From a virus (taxonomy: Duplodnaviria > Caudoviricetes), in IMG/VR virus record IMGVR_UViG_3300004154_000014, positions 1-63,954 of that record: a stretch of DNA of 63,954 nt; one strand, 5' to 3'. The notes under the pieces were generated by a model that saw only the letters and a list, made by a program, of their open reading frames with translations, made no database searches and had not been told where the DNA came from. Below are positions 1 to 9,561 of this stretch, piece after piece. Made by a program: the position numbers and the translations under genes. The number at the start of each line of letters is the position of its first letter. The stretch's first letter is position 1.

Positions 1-1
1 G

Positions 2-574
2 CCGACCGGCACCATCAGCCTGAGCCTGGCCAACAACGCCTCCAACGGCATCGAGCCGAGTTTCGCCCACAGCTACCTGCGCAACGTCATCAAGGACGGC
101 AAGAAGTCCAAGGAGCAGGTCGAGGTGATGAGCTACGAGCTGCTCGCCTACCGCACCCTGGTCAATCCGGACGCCAGCCTGGAAGACCTGCCGGCGAGCT
201 TCGTCTCCAGCGACACCATCCCGGCCAAGGCCCATGTGCTGATCCAGGCTGCCGCCCAGAAGTGGATCGACTCGTCGATCTCCAAGACGGTCAATGTGCC
301 CACGGATTACCCCTTCGAGGATTTCCAGGACCTGTACCTGTTCGCCTACGAGCACAAGCTCAAGGGCTGCACCACCTTCCGCTACAACCCAGAGGCCTTT
401 AGCGGCGTGCTGGTGAAGCAGGCGGACCTGGCCAACACCACCTACGAGTTCGATCTCGAGGACGGCACCACGGTGCGCCTACAGGGCGACGAGAAGGTCC
501 TCTACGACGGTGAGAGCCATGTCGTGGCCAATCTCTTCGACGCAATTAAAGAAGGCTATTACGGCAAGTTCTGA
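2..574 (+). CDS. nrdJa: Class II (B12-dependent) ribonucleotide reductase large subunit, C-terminal part (5'-truncated by window)
   Basis: Frame open from window start: PTGTISLSLANNASNGIEP, AAAQKWIDSSISKTVN, LKGCTTFR motifs; followed by NrdJb-like gene. Confidence 0.92.
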   Translation, partial: PTGTISLSLANNASNGIEPSFAHSYLRNVIKDGKKSKEQVEVMSYELLAYRTLVNPDASLEDLPASFVSSDTIPAKAHVLIQAAAQKWIDSSISKTVNVPTDYPFEDFQDLYLFAYEHKLKGCTTFRYNPEAFSGVLVKQADLANTTYEFDLEDGTTVRLQGDEKVLYDGESHVVANLFDAIKEGYYGKF

Positions 575-619
575 CCCCTTCCCACGCCCTGGCCAAGCCA
601 GGGCAACAAGGACCCTTCC

Positions 620-1333
620 ATGAAAGAAATCAGCAGCAAAATCGTCGGCTTGCGCGTGGCCTCCAACGAAGCCAGAAAGGAAATCTTTCCGTCCATGGTC
701 CCCGACCACGATCCCCTCACCAGCCGCATCGACCGGCGTCCCGACGGTGCCCTGGAAGCGGTGGCCGAGAAGATCGACTACCACACCCAGGAAGGCCGCA
801 AACGGGTCTACCTGGTGGTGAGCTTCATGCCGGTCGAGGGCTGGCTGGATGGCGCTCCCGTGAGCCTGGAGCGCCCCGTGGAGTTCTTCGTGCCCGGAGG
901 CCTCTCCAGCGAGCACCAGTGGGTCACCGCGACCATGCGCAGCCTCTCCCTGGCTGCTCGTGCCGGCTTCGTTGCCAAGGCCCTCCAGGACCTTCGCAAG
1001 GTGGTCTGGGACAAGGGGCCGGTGCGTCTGGGCGTCAATGCCCATGGCAAGCCCCTGTACCACAACAGCGAGGTTGCCGCGATCGCCTGGAGCCTCCAGC
1101 AGATCCTGATTCGTCGCGGATTCCTCAGCGAGGACGGCAGCCCTCGGCAAGCCAGGGAAATCATCTTCTCGGCACTCTACCCCGAGCAGGGGACAGTAGA
1201 AGGAGCGACCCCCACGCCACCTCCGGTGGCTGCGGGTAGCGTGGTGGAAACCTGTCCCGAATGCCGGGGCGACATGGTGTTGATGGACGGTTGCGCCACC
1301 TGCATCGACTGTGGTCACAGCAAGTGCGGTTGA
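620..1333 (+). CDS. nrdJb: NrdJb-like small partner of split class II RNR (TSCPD-like domain + C-terminal Zn ribbon)
   Basis: RPVEFF motif, C-terminal CPEC...DGCATCIDCGHSKCG; directly downstream of nrdJa as in Pseudomonas. Confidence 0.82.
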   Translation: MKEISSKIVGLRVASNEARKEIFPSMVPDHDPLTSRIDRRPDGALEAVAEKIDYHTQEGRKRVYLVVSFMPVEGWLDGAPVSLERPVEFFVPGGLSSEHQWVTATMRSLSLAARAGFVAKALQDLRKVVWDKGPVRLGVNAHGKPLYHNSEVAAIAWSLQQILIRRGFLSEDGSPRQAREIIFSALYPEQGTVEGATPTPPPVAAGSVVETCPECRGDMVLMDGCATCIDCGHSKCG

Positions 1334-1350
1334 ACCCCCTTTGACTCCCC

Positions 1351-1651
1351 CCTCCCTTCACAGGCCGAGCAGTGCGCGAGGGCGCGCAGCGACCCGAGCA
1401 AGCACGGCGCCGAGGCCTGTGAAGGGAGGTAGAAGTAATACCTCCCTCTATTACCTCTTCATTCCTTTCCTCCCGGTCCCTGCCCAAATCCCCTTCCTGT
1501 CCTTTGCCGGTGCTCGCTTCGCTGCGCGCCGGCAGGACCGGGGATTTGGGCAGGGACCGGGGAACCCCTCTTTTCCCTCTGTCCCGCAAAGCGAGGGCAG
1601 GGGAAAAGTTCGCCGTCGAGAAAGCGAAGACGGGGAAGCAGGGGTTCCCCC
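1351..1651. repeat. Non-coding cluster of long inverted repeats
   Basis: Perfect 16-bp IR 1351-1366/1414-1429; perfect 22-bp IR 1472-1493/1540-1561; a third branched stem GGAACCCCT...AGGGGTTCC at ~1561-1649. Confidence 0.85.
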
Positions 1652-1690
1652 TTTATATATGGGACGTACTGGAAGTTATAAAGGACTGCC

Positions 1691-2134
1691 ATGCTTATTC
1701 CAATTGATCATACAAAAATCGTTACTCCCGATTACCCCATCGACAGCATGCCGACCCTCTCGGCACGCCTGGGCAAAGCCGGCTGCGCACGCATTCGCCA
1801 AGCCCAAACCCCGGCAAGACCGGAGAGAAAACACGGCAAGCGGATCGTCAATCGTCACCTGGCTTCCATGCAGGCGGTTACCCCGCATGCCAGCGGCCCC
1901 ATCGACGACATCCTGGCCGGCATCGCCCGACTGGACTGGGGAAGCGACAAGCCCCTCAGCACCGGAATTCTCTATGCACTCCTGCAGTGCCTGGAGACCT
2001 TCACGACCCCTGTCGTGATGGAGATGCTCGCTACGCAGGAACGGCGAGCGCAGAAGTACATCAAGGCCCTGGAGCTGTGCCTGACCGCCCTGGACCGGCA
2101 GTGGGCGCCGCAAGCAAATGCAGGGAGTCGCTGA
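1691..2134 (+). CDS. Hypothetical phage protein
   Basis: 147-aa ORF with AAGGA RBS, phage-like codon use. Confidence 0.65.
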   Translation: MLIPIDHTKIVTPDYPIDSMPTLSARLGKAGCARIRQAQTPARPERKHGKRIVNRHLASMQAVTPHASGPIDDILAGIARLDWGSDKPLSTGILYALLQCLETFTTPVVMEMLATQERRAQKYIKALELCLTALDRQWAPQANAGSR

Positions 2135-2185
2135 CCCCCCACATAGAATCCTTCGCCGTCATCCCTCATCCGTAGTAAGGCAGTC

Positions 2186-2605
2186 ATGAACCAGAAACCT
2201 GTACCCACCTGTCATGCCACCCACCGCCATCTGCGTACCGGCGGCCACCCTCTCAACCCTTCGGATGCGATCGCAGCATCCCCGGTGCTGACCGACGCAG
2301 AGTTGGACGCCTACCTGTTGAGGACCGGGTCCTCCGGACCCTCCGACGACGATGCCGAGCTGGAGAAGCAGGCAGTCCCGTACAGCCACTACTTCAAGAA
2401 CGTCCAGGGGCTGGTAGTGATCGACGTGTATCGCGTCATCGAGCTTTGGCAGGTCCCTGCCGGCCCTCTCGACCATGCCTTGAAGAAGATCCTCAACCTC
2501 GGCCAGCGCGGCGGCAAAGACGCCATCCAGGACATCACCGAAGCCCGTGATTCCCTCAATCGCTGGCTGGAGATGCGCAGCGAAGACGCGGCCCTCGGCC
2601 GATAA
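2186..2605 (+). CDS. Hypothetical phage protein (DUF3310-like C-terminus); true start may be further downstream
   Basis: HYFK..IDVYRV..HALKKIL..GQRGGKDAIQDITEARDSL pattern. Confidence 0.6.
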   Translation: MNQKPVPTCHATHRHLRTGGHPLNPSDAIAASPVLTDAELDAYLLRTGSSGPSDDDAELEKQAVPYSHYFKNVQGLVVIDVYRVIELWQVPAGPLDHALKKILNLGQRGGKDAIQDITEARDSLNRWLEMRSEDAALGR

Positions 2606-2649
2606 CCCACCCTCCCTGCGGGGAGGGTAACCTCCCCAAGGACCCTCCC

Positions 2650-3624
2650 ATGCTCTACACCAACCAGACCAAGATCCCGCTCTCCATGGCCGTGTTCCTG
2701 GCCACCGACTACTACGACTACCAGCCCGGGGCGATGAGCGCGACCAGCCTGCTCAAGCCCCTGCGCCAGCTCCTGCTGGCCGAGCGGGTGCCTCCGGCCC
2801 AGCGGGTGGTCGACATCGCCGAGCTGGCCAAGTCGCGGATGGGCACCGCCTACCACGACGCCATCGAGAAGGCCTGGAAAAGCAACTACGTCCAGGCCAT
2901 GAAGCGGCTCGGCTACAAGGACGCGATCATCGATCGCATCCGCATTAATCCCGAACCAGGGACCCTACGCCCGGGCGACATCCCGGTCTACATGGAAGAG
3001 CGGATGTTTCGGGAGATCGACGGCCAGGTCATCAGCGGCAAGCCCGACTTCATCGGCAACGGCCGTCTCGAGGACTACAAGTCCACCTCCGTCTACTCCT
3101 GGCTTCATGGCCGCAACGACTGGAAGTACCGGATGCAGGGCAGCATCTACCGCTGGCTTGATCCGAAGAAGATCACCGAGGAGGTGATGGCCATCCAGTT
3201 CCTGTTCACCGACTGGCAGAAATCCTCCGCCAAGGCCGATCCGCAGTACCCGCAGAACCTCACCCAGCACAAGGAGTACCCGCTGTTCTCCCTGGAGGAA
3301 ACCGAGGAATTCATCCGCACCCAGGTTTACCGCTATCAGCACTTCAAGAACGTCCCGGAAGCCAGCCTGCCCCTGTGTACGAACGAAGACCTGTGGCGCA
3401 AGCCCACGGTCTGGAAGTTCTACGGCAAGCCCGATGCCAAGCGGGCCACCAAGGTCTTCGAGGACAAGGCCAAGGCCTACAGCCATTGCGCCAAAGAGGG
3501 CAAGGGCGTCGGCGTCGTCAAGGAAGTTCCCGGGGAAGTGGCCGCCTGCCTGTACTGCTCGGGCTTCGATCTCTGCACCCAGAAAGACGCCCTGATCAGG
3601 TCGGGCGAACTCAAACTTGCCTAG
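2650..3624 (+). CDS. PD-(D/E)XK / Cas4-like exonuclease (N4 gp42-like)
   Basis: MGTAYHDAIE, ISGKPD..LEDYKSTS nuclease motifs, C-terminal CLYC..C; sits before primase as in N4. Confidence 0.8.
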   Translation: MLYTNQTKIPLSMAVFLATDYYDYQPGAMSATSLLKPLRQLLLAERVPPAQRVVDIAELAKSRMGTAYHDAIEKAWKSNYVQAMKRLGYKDAIIDRIRINPEPGTLRPGDIPVYMEERMFREIDGQVISGKPDFIGNGRLEDYKSTSVYSWLHGRNDWKYRMQGSIYRWLDPKKITEEVMAIQFLFTDWQKSSAKADPQYPQNLTQHKEYPLFSLEETEEFIRTQVYRYQHFKNVPEASLPLCTNEDLWRKPTVWKFYGKPDAKRATKVFEDKAKAYSHCAKEGKGVGVVKEVPGEVAACLYCSGFDLCTQKDALIRSGELKLA

Positions 3625-3633
3625 GAGGCTATC

Positions 3634-5784
3634 GTGATTCCTGTCCAATCGATGCAACACCATCCGCTCAGCGAGCAGCTGGTGCAGGTCCTGGTCGACC
3701 GTACCCAGAACCAGAACCCGTTGTTCTTCCGGGTTCTGGTCGGCTACTACTTCTCGGTGGTGGCCAGCCACATGCGCTGCCAGATCAACACCCCCGACCG
3801 CGGCCTGATCCCGGTCAACATGTTCGCCATCAACCTGATGCCCTCCGGCGCCGGCAAGGGCCACTCGACTGGGATCATGGAGGACGAGGTCGTCCACCTG
3901 TTCCGCCAGACCTTCATGGAGGTCACCTTCCCGACCCTGGCCAACGACAACATACCGACCTTGGCGGTCAAGCGCGCCACCCGCAAGTCGACCGACCCGG
4001 ACGACGAACTCAAGCTGGTCACCAAGGAGTTCAACCAAACCGGCGAGATGGTCTTCGGCTTCGACTCCGGCACCGCACCGGCGGTCAAGCAACTGCGTCA
4101 CAAGTGCCTGATGGCCAACGCCGGCTGCGTCAACCTGCAGATGGACGAGATCGGCTCCAACCTGATGGCCAACACCGAGGTGCTCAATGCCTTCCTCGAG
4201 CTGTTCGACAAGGGAATGATCAAGTCCAAGTTGACCAAGAACACCTCGGAGAACACCCGGGTGGAGGAGATCAAGGGCGCCACCCCGACCAACATGATGC
4301 TCTACGGCACCCCGGTGAAACTGCTCAACGGCAGCAAGACCGAGGAGGAGCTGATGTCCTTCCTGGACACCGGCTACGCCCGCCGCTGCTTCTTCGGTTA
4401 CTCCCTGGTTTCCCATCGCCGGCAGGACCTGACTCCCCAGGAGGTCTTCGACCTGATGACCAACCCGTCCACCAACCTGTTCCTCGAGCAGTTGGCGGAC
4501 AAGCTGGAACGGCTGGCCAACATCATCAACGTGCGCAAGAAACTGGTGATGGCCAAGGACACTTCGCTGCTGTTGATCGAGTACAAGCTCGACTGCGAGA
4601 AGCGTGCCGAGGCCCTGGCCGACCACGAGGAATCCAGGAAGGCCGAGATCAGCCACCGCTACTTCAAGGCGCTCAAGTTGGCCGGGGCCTATGCCTTCGT
4701 CGACGAGTCGCCAGAGCTGACCCAGGATCACCTGCTGGCGGCGATCAAGCTCGCCGAGGAATCCGGAGAAGCCTTCGACATGCTGCTCACCAGGGACCGT
4801 CCCTACGTCAAGCTGGCCAAGTACATCGCCAGCGTGAACCGGGAAGTGACCCAGGCCGACCTGGTCGAGGATCTGCCCTTCTACCGGGGCAGCGCCAGCG
4901 CCCGCTCCGACCTCATGCAGCTGGCGATCAGCTGGGGCTACCGCAACAACATCATCGTCAAGAAGTCCTTCCAGGACGGCATCGAGTTCCTGCGCGGCGA
5001 GAGCCTCAAGGAGACCGATCTGAAAGAGATCATCCTGGCGTTCAGCGACGACATGACCACCGGCTACCGCAACGAGCTAGCCCCCTTCGACAAGCTCCAC
5101 CAGATGACCCAGGTCAACGGCCTGCACTGGGTCACCCACCATCTCAAGGACGGCTATCGCAACGAGGAGAGTGCGGCGCCTGGCTTCAATCTGATCGTCA
5201 TCGACGTGGACGGCACCTGCAACCTGAGCACGGCCAAGTTGGTGCTCAAGGATTACAAGGCGCTGTACTACACCACCAAGCGCCATACCGAGAAGGAGAA
5301 CCGCTTCCGGATCATCTTGCCCACCAGCCATGTGCTCAAGCTCGATGCCAAGGATTACAAAGAGTTCATGAACAACATCTACCAGTGGCTGCCGTTCCCG
5401 GTCGACGACCAGACCGATCAACGCGCTCGCAAGTGGCTGACCCATCCGGGCCACTACGAGTACACCGAGGGCCAGACGATCGACGTGCTGCCGCTCATCC
5501 CGAAAACCGACAAGAACGAACAGCGCAAGGCTCAGCTGGATTCCCAGCAGGCCATGGACGCCCTCGAGCGCTGGGTGATCAACAACACCGGCGACGGCAA
5601 CCGCAACAACATGCTGCTGCGCTTCGCAATGATCCTCGTCGATGCCGGCTTCGACTTCGAGTCCACTCGCCTGAAGGTGATGGCCCTGAACGACAAGCTG
5701 CCCGACAAGCTCGACGAGGCCGAGATCCTCGGCTCGATCATGATCACCGTCGGCAAGGCCCTGGCCAAACGTGCCGCGCCTTAA
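3634..5784 (+). CDS. DNA primase (N4 gp43-like), N-terminal P-loop region and C-terminal PriCT-like domain
   Basis: PSGAGKGHS, MDEIG, VIDVDG, YTTKRH..RFRIILP, GNRNNMLLR; N4 synteny. Confidence 0.85.
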   Translation: MIPVQSMQHHPLSEQLVQVLVDRTQNQNPLFFRVLVGYYFSVVASHMRCQINTPDRGLIPVNMFAINLMPSGAGKGHSTGIMEDEVVHLFRQTFMEVTFPTLANDNIPTLAVKRATRKSTDPDDELKLVTKEFNQTGEMVFGFDSGTAPAVKQLRHKCLMANAGCVNLQMDEIGSNLMANTEVLNAFLELFDKGMIKSKLTKNTSENTRVEEIKGATPTNMMLYGTPVKLLNGSKTEEELMSFLDTGYARRCFFGYSLVSHRRQDLTPQEVFDLMTNPSTNLFLEQLADKLERLANIINVRKKLVMAKDTSLLLIEYKLDCEKRAEALADHEESRKAEISHRYFKALKLAGAYAFVDESPELTQDHLLAAIKLAEESGEAFDMLLTRDRPYVKLAKYIASVNREVTQADLVEDLPFYRGSASARSDLMQLAISWGYRNNIIVKKSFQDGIEFLRGESLKETDLKEIILAFSDDMTTGYRNELAPFDKLHQMTQVNGLHWVTHHLKDGYRNEESAAPGFNLIVIDVDGTCNLSTAKLVLKDYKALYYTTKRHTEKENRFRIILPTSHVLKLDAKDYKEFMNNIYQWLPFPVDDQTDQRARKWLTHPGHYEYTEGQTIDVLPLIPKTDKNEQRKAQLDSQQAMDALERWVINNTGDGNRNNMLLRFAMILVDAGFDFESTRLKVMALNDKLPDKLDEAEILGSIMITVGKALAKRAAP

Positions 5785-5863
5785 AGACCTATGGGGGGTG
5801 GCTCCGCCACCTCTCGCCCTTTCCAAGAAACTCTTCAAGCAGGCTTTCACAGGAGGTGCCGAG

Positions 5864-6310
5864 ATGGACACTGATGTCCATATCTACAGCGAGTACCGGA
5901 TGGGCGATGAGTGGCACGCCCATGCCGCCCATACCTTCAAAAAGGATGTCGACTCCGAATGGCCCGAAGTGAGTTTGAATCCCTTCGAGCCATTCACCGA
6001 CAGGGACTATTACCTATTCGGCCTGCTCGCCGGCGTGAAAAAGCACACCTCTGTAGCTACCCCAGCCAAAGGCTTCCCCGAGGACACCAGCGAGGAGGTA
6101 CGCGAGGTCTATGAGAGCTGGGGCAACGATGCCCATACCCCGAGCTACATGACCCTCCAGGAGCTAAAGCAGAAGGCCGTGGAGCTGCTCCTGCTGCCCG
6201 ACACCGGCGAGCGCGAGCATCTGCTTGCCAAGCTGACAATCGGCATCGACAGCTTCGGCCCCGACGCCGTCCCGGAAGACCATCGCCTGGTCTACTGGTT
6301 TGATAATTGA
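5864..6310 (+). CDS. Hypothetical phage protein
   Basis: AGGAGG RBS; RDYYLFGLLAGV..KGFPED..HTPSY..RLVYWFDN resembles a common phage family. Confidence 0.75.
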   Translation: MDTDVHIYSEYRMGDEWHAHAAHTFKKDVDSEWPEVSLNPFEPFTDRDYYLFGLLAGVKKHTSVATPAKGFPEDTSEEVREVYESWGNDAHTPSYMTLQELKQKAVELLLLPDTGEREHLLAKLTIGIDSFGPDAVPEDHRLVYWFDN

Positions 6311-6318
6311 GGAATCCC

Positions 6319-7056
6319 ATGACCGCCGTCAATGACCACCTGATCCTCCTTGGCGGCAAGTCCGCCGGAGGCAAGTCCGCCTCGCTGCGCAACTTGCGCA
6401 ATCCCGAACGAGTGCTTTACCTAAACTGCGAGTCGGGCAAGAAACTTCCCTTCCAGGCCAAGTTCAAGCAGATCACCATCACCAATCCCGAACAAGTATA
6501 TGAGGCCTTCACCTTTACCTCACCGGGCAATCCCGGTCACGACAAGTACGACGTGATCATCATCGATACCCTGACCTACTTGCTGGACATGTACGAGTCG
6601 ATCTTCGTGTTCAACTCGGTCAATACCCAGAAGGCCTGGGGAGACTTCGCGCAATACTTCAAGAACTTGATGCAGCAGTTTGTTGCCAAGTCCGACAAGA
6701 AAGTTGTATTCCTCGCCCATACCCTGGGTGACTACAACGAAAACGAGATGCAGATGGAAACCAAGGTACCGGTGAAAGGCGCCTTGAAGAACAACGGCAT
6801 CGAGTCGTACTTCTCGATTGTGATCAGTGCGAAAAAGATGCCGGTTACCCGGCTGCAAGACTACAGTTCGTCGCTGCTCACCATTACGCCGGAGGAAGAG
6901 GCGCTGGGTTTCAAACATGTCTTCCAGACGAAGTTGACCAAAGACACTGTCGGCGAGCGCCTGCGTGGCCCAATGGGGCTGTTTGCGACCCAGGAAACAT
7001 TTACGGACAACGACCTCCAGTTGATTCTCGATCGACTGGACACTTACTACGCTTGA
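6319..7056 (+). CDS. AAA / Sak4-like ATPase (N4 gp44-like)
   Basis: Walker A GKSAGGKS, YLNCESGK, IIIDTLT; immediately upstream of SSB. Confidence 0.85.
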   Translation: MTAVNDHLILLGGKSAGGKSASLRNLRNPERVLYLNCESGKKLPFQAKFKQITITNPEQVYEAFTFTSPGNPGHDKYDVIIIDTLTYLLDMYESIFVFNSVNTQKAWGDFAQYFKNLMQQFVAKSDKKVVFLAHTLGDYNENEMQMETKVPVKGALKNNGIESYFSIVISAKKMPVTRLQDYSSSLLTITPEEEALGFKHVFQTKLTKDTVGERLRGPMGLFATQETFTDNDLQLILDRLDTYYA

Positions 7057-7069
7057 TGAGGAAAGAGTT

Positions 7070-7798
7070 ATGTCTCTGCTGAATGCACTCAACCACGAAG
7101 ACAAAGGTATCCAGGGCGAAGAGGATCGCCTGGGTGGAGGCCGCGTCTGGGACTCCGGTATCTACCCGGTCAAGGTCAGCCTGGCTTACCTGCAGAAATC
7201 CGCCGGCGGTGCCCTGGGCCTGTTCCTGGTCTTCAAGAACGCCGAGAACAAGGAACTCAAGGCTACCCTGTGGATGACCTCCGGCAACGAGAAGGGCTGC
7301 AAGCCCTACTTTGAGAAGGACGGCGAGAAGAAGTACCTGCCTGGCTTCATCCAGGCCAAGGCACTGGCGCTGCTGACCTGCGGGCGCGAGATCGCCCAGC
7401 TCGGTACCGAGATGAAGATGGTGAAAATCTACAACTACGATGCCAAGACCGAAGTGCCGACCCAGGTCGAGGTGGTCACCGAGCTGCTCGACAAGGAGAT
7501 CCTCGCCGGCGTGGTCAAGCAGGTGGTCGACAAGAACGTGAAGAACGGCAACGGTCAGTACGTCGCCTCCGGGGAAACCCGCGAGGAGAACGAGATCGAC
7601 AAGTTCTTCCGCGCCCGCGACCGCATGACCGTCACCGAGATCATGGGCAAGGCCGAGACCGCCGCCTTCGCCGACACCTGGGAAAAGCGCTGGAAGGGTG
7701 AAGTCAACAACCGTGCCCGCGGCGCCTCCGGCACTGCCGGTGCTCCAGGTGCCAAGACTGCAGCTTCTCCTGCGGTCGCCTCCGGCCTGTTCGCCTGA
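7070..7798 (+). CDS. ssb: Single-stranded DNA-binding protein (N4 gp45-like)
   Basis: EEDRLGGG..SGIY..AY..SAGGA, YLPGF, GETREENEIDKFF, C-terminal SGLFA; N4 synteny. Confidence 0.85.
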   Translation: MSLLNALNHEDKGIQGEEDRLGGGRVWDSGIYPVKVSLAYLQKSAGGALGLFLVFKNAENKELKATLWMTSGNEKGCKPYFEKDGEKKYLPGFIQAKALALLTCGREIAQLGTEMKMVKIYNYDAKTEVPTQVEVVTELLDKEILAGVVKQVVDKNVKNGNGQYVASGETREENEIDKFFRARDRMTVTEIMGKAETAAFADTWEKRWKGEVNNRARGASGTAGAPGAKTAASPAVASGLFA

Positions 7799-7856
7799 TC
7801 CCCTCCCAGAGGCCCTGCGGGGCCTCTACCTCCCCCGAAATTGGAATACCGCTACC

Positions 7857-8264
7857 ATGACCGACCCGATCGTCAAGACCGAACAGGATGCCGAACAAGC
7901 CATCCAGGCTGCCGGCGCCACTCAAGGCCCTCGCATTACCCCCGAGCACATCGATGCCCTGATGGATCGCGTCAGTGTCGCCGTGCTGTACGTGGAAGGT
8001 ACCCGCCTGTTCCAGGCCATGGCCTTCCTCGACAACGATTACTTCCTGGCTTCGGGATTCAGCGCCTGTGTCTCACCGGAGAACTTCCGCCCCGAACTGG
8101 GCGAGGAATTCGCTGTGCGCAACGCCACCCGCAATGCCCGCGAGAAGCTCTGGGAGCTGGAGTCCTATGGGCTCTGGCAGAAGCTCCAGGCCGAGAAGCA
8201 AGCGGCTGCCACTGCAGCTCCAGAACCGGTCGAAGGCGACGGCATCGCCCCGATCGTGGAGTAG
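7857..8264 (+). CDS. Phage gp49/gp66-family protein
   Basis: RITPEHID..GFSACVSPENF..ELG..AREKLWELESY. Confidence 0.75.
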   Translation: MTDPIVKTEQDAEQAIQAAGATQGPRITPEHIDALMDRVSVAVLYVEGTRLFQAMAFLDNDYFLASGFSACVSPENFRPELGEEFAVRNATRNAREKLWELESYGLWQKLQAEKQAAATAAPEPVEGDGIAPIVE

Positions 8265-8266
8265 CC

Positions 8267-8863
8267 ATGGCGACCCTGCGCGTCGTCGGTATGGACCCCA
8301 GCATGACCAACTGGGGCCTGGCTGCTGCCACTCTCGACCTGGACGGACTGCAGTTGCACAACCCGCGCCTGCAGGTGGTCCAGCCAGTGAAGCCAAAAGG
8401 CAAACAGTCACGGGTCAACAGCATCGACCTCGAAGTAGCACGCCAGCTGTTCAAGGTGGTCTATCCGGCCATCCTGGACGCCCAGGCGATCTTCGTCGAG
8501 GTTCCGGTTGGCAGCCAGTCGGCTGCATCGATGAAGTCCTACGGGATGTGCGTGGGCCTACTGGGCGCCCTCCGGGCGCTCGGCGTGCCGTTCTTCGAAG
8601 TGACTGCCAGCGAGGTCAAGCTCGCCGGCACACGCGACAAGAACGCCAGCAAGAAGGCGATGATCGCCTCGGCGCTCCAGAGCTACCCCCAGGCCAACTG
8701 GCCTACCTACAAGAAGAACGGTGCAACCCTGGTCTCGGAAACCAATGCCGAGCACATGGCCGACGCCCTCTTCGCCATCCATGCCGGCACCCAGTTGCCG
8801 GCCTTTCAACAGTACCTGGCCATCCTCAACGGCCCTATTCAACTCAAGGAAACTGCTGCATGA
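8267..8863 (+). CDS. RuvC-like Holliday junction resolvase
   Basis: VVGMDPSMTNWG, FVEVP, EHMADA acidic triad. Confidence 0.82.
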   Translation: MATLRVVGMDPSMTNWGLAAATLDLDGLQLHNPRLQVVQPVKPKGKQSRVNSIDLEVARQLFKVVYPAILDAQAIFVEVPVGSQSAASMKSYGMCVGLLGALRALGVPFFEVTASEVKLAGTRDKNASKKAMIASALQSYPQANWPTYKKNGATLVSETNAEHMADALFAIHAGTQLPAFQQYLAILNGPIQLKETAA

Positions 8864-9300
8864 AAATCCAACTGAACCAAGACGAAATCGAAGTCGCCGT
8901 CCGCAACTATGTGAGCGAGATGGGCATCAACATTGTCGGCAAGGCGGTCGAAGTGAACTTCACTTCCGGCCGCGGCGAGCGTGGTCTGACCGCCGATCTG
9001 GACATCGTCGAGTTGCCGGCCGCCACTGTTGGCGTCCCCTTCGTCAAGGCTACTGCCGGCGAAACCACCGGCAAAGCCGCCACTAACGTGGTGGCACTGA
9101 CCGGCAAGGGCGAGACCAAGGCTGTCGTAGCTGCCGAAACGGTCAATCCGTTCGTGGCCGAAGCCGCCGTGGCGACGGTCGCCGAGGAACAACCCCATGT
9201 CGCCGAAGAAGCCCCTGTCCTTGAGGACCCGAAGGAACCCGACGAGCCTGTGGTCGAAGAAGGTGCCGAGCCGGCCGACACCGTCAACCTGTTCGCCTAA
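8860..9300 (+). CDS. Hypothetical N4-like protein with acidic tail
   Basis: ATGA overlap with resolvase; MKIQLNQDEIEVAVRNYV..FTSGRG; ends NLFA. Confidence 0.75.
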   Translation: MKIQLNQDEIEVAVRNYVSEMGINIVGKAVEVNFTSGRGERGLTADLDIVELPAATVGVPFVKATAGETTGKAATNVVALTGKGETKAVVAAETVNPFVAEAAVATVAEEQPHVAEEAPVLEDPKEPDEPVVEEGAEPADTVNLFA

Positions 9301-9303
9301 GCC

Positions 9304-9492
9304 ATGAAGGAATGGCTGACCCTCGCCGGTCAGGTGCTGCTGGCAGCACTGATCGTCGCAGTAGCCATCGGGGTGGGCTTCGTGCTCACCCTTTTTTCTT
9401 CCGTGATCACCTTCCTGGCTATCGGACTGTGCGCCCTCGGCGGGCTAGTATTACTGGCCCGGGAATGGCGTGACCACCTAACGCGGAAATAG
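9304..9492 (+). CDS. Small membrane protein (2 predicted TM)
   Basis: 62-aa hydrophobic ORF directly after previous gene. Confidence 0.65.
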   Translation: MKEWLTLAGQVLLAALIVAVAIGVGFVLTLFSSVITFLAIGLCALGGLVLLAREWRDHLTRK

Positions 9493-9561
9493 CGTCAGGT
9501 TCCAAGGAGGGCCTAGGTCTCACCGGGCTCTCCCCTCAACTACTTGCTCCTGAAAACTACA

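Noticed and set aside
2650-3624. Cas4 as part of a CRISPR-Cas system
   Set aside because: No other cas genes or array; it is the conserved N4-like replication nuclease
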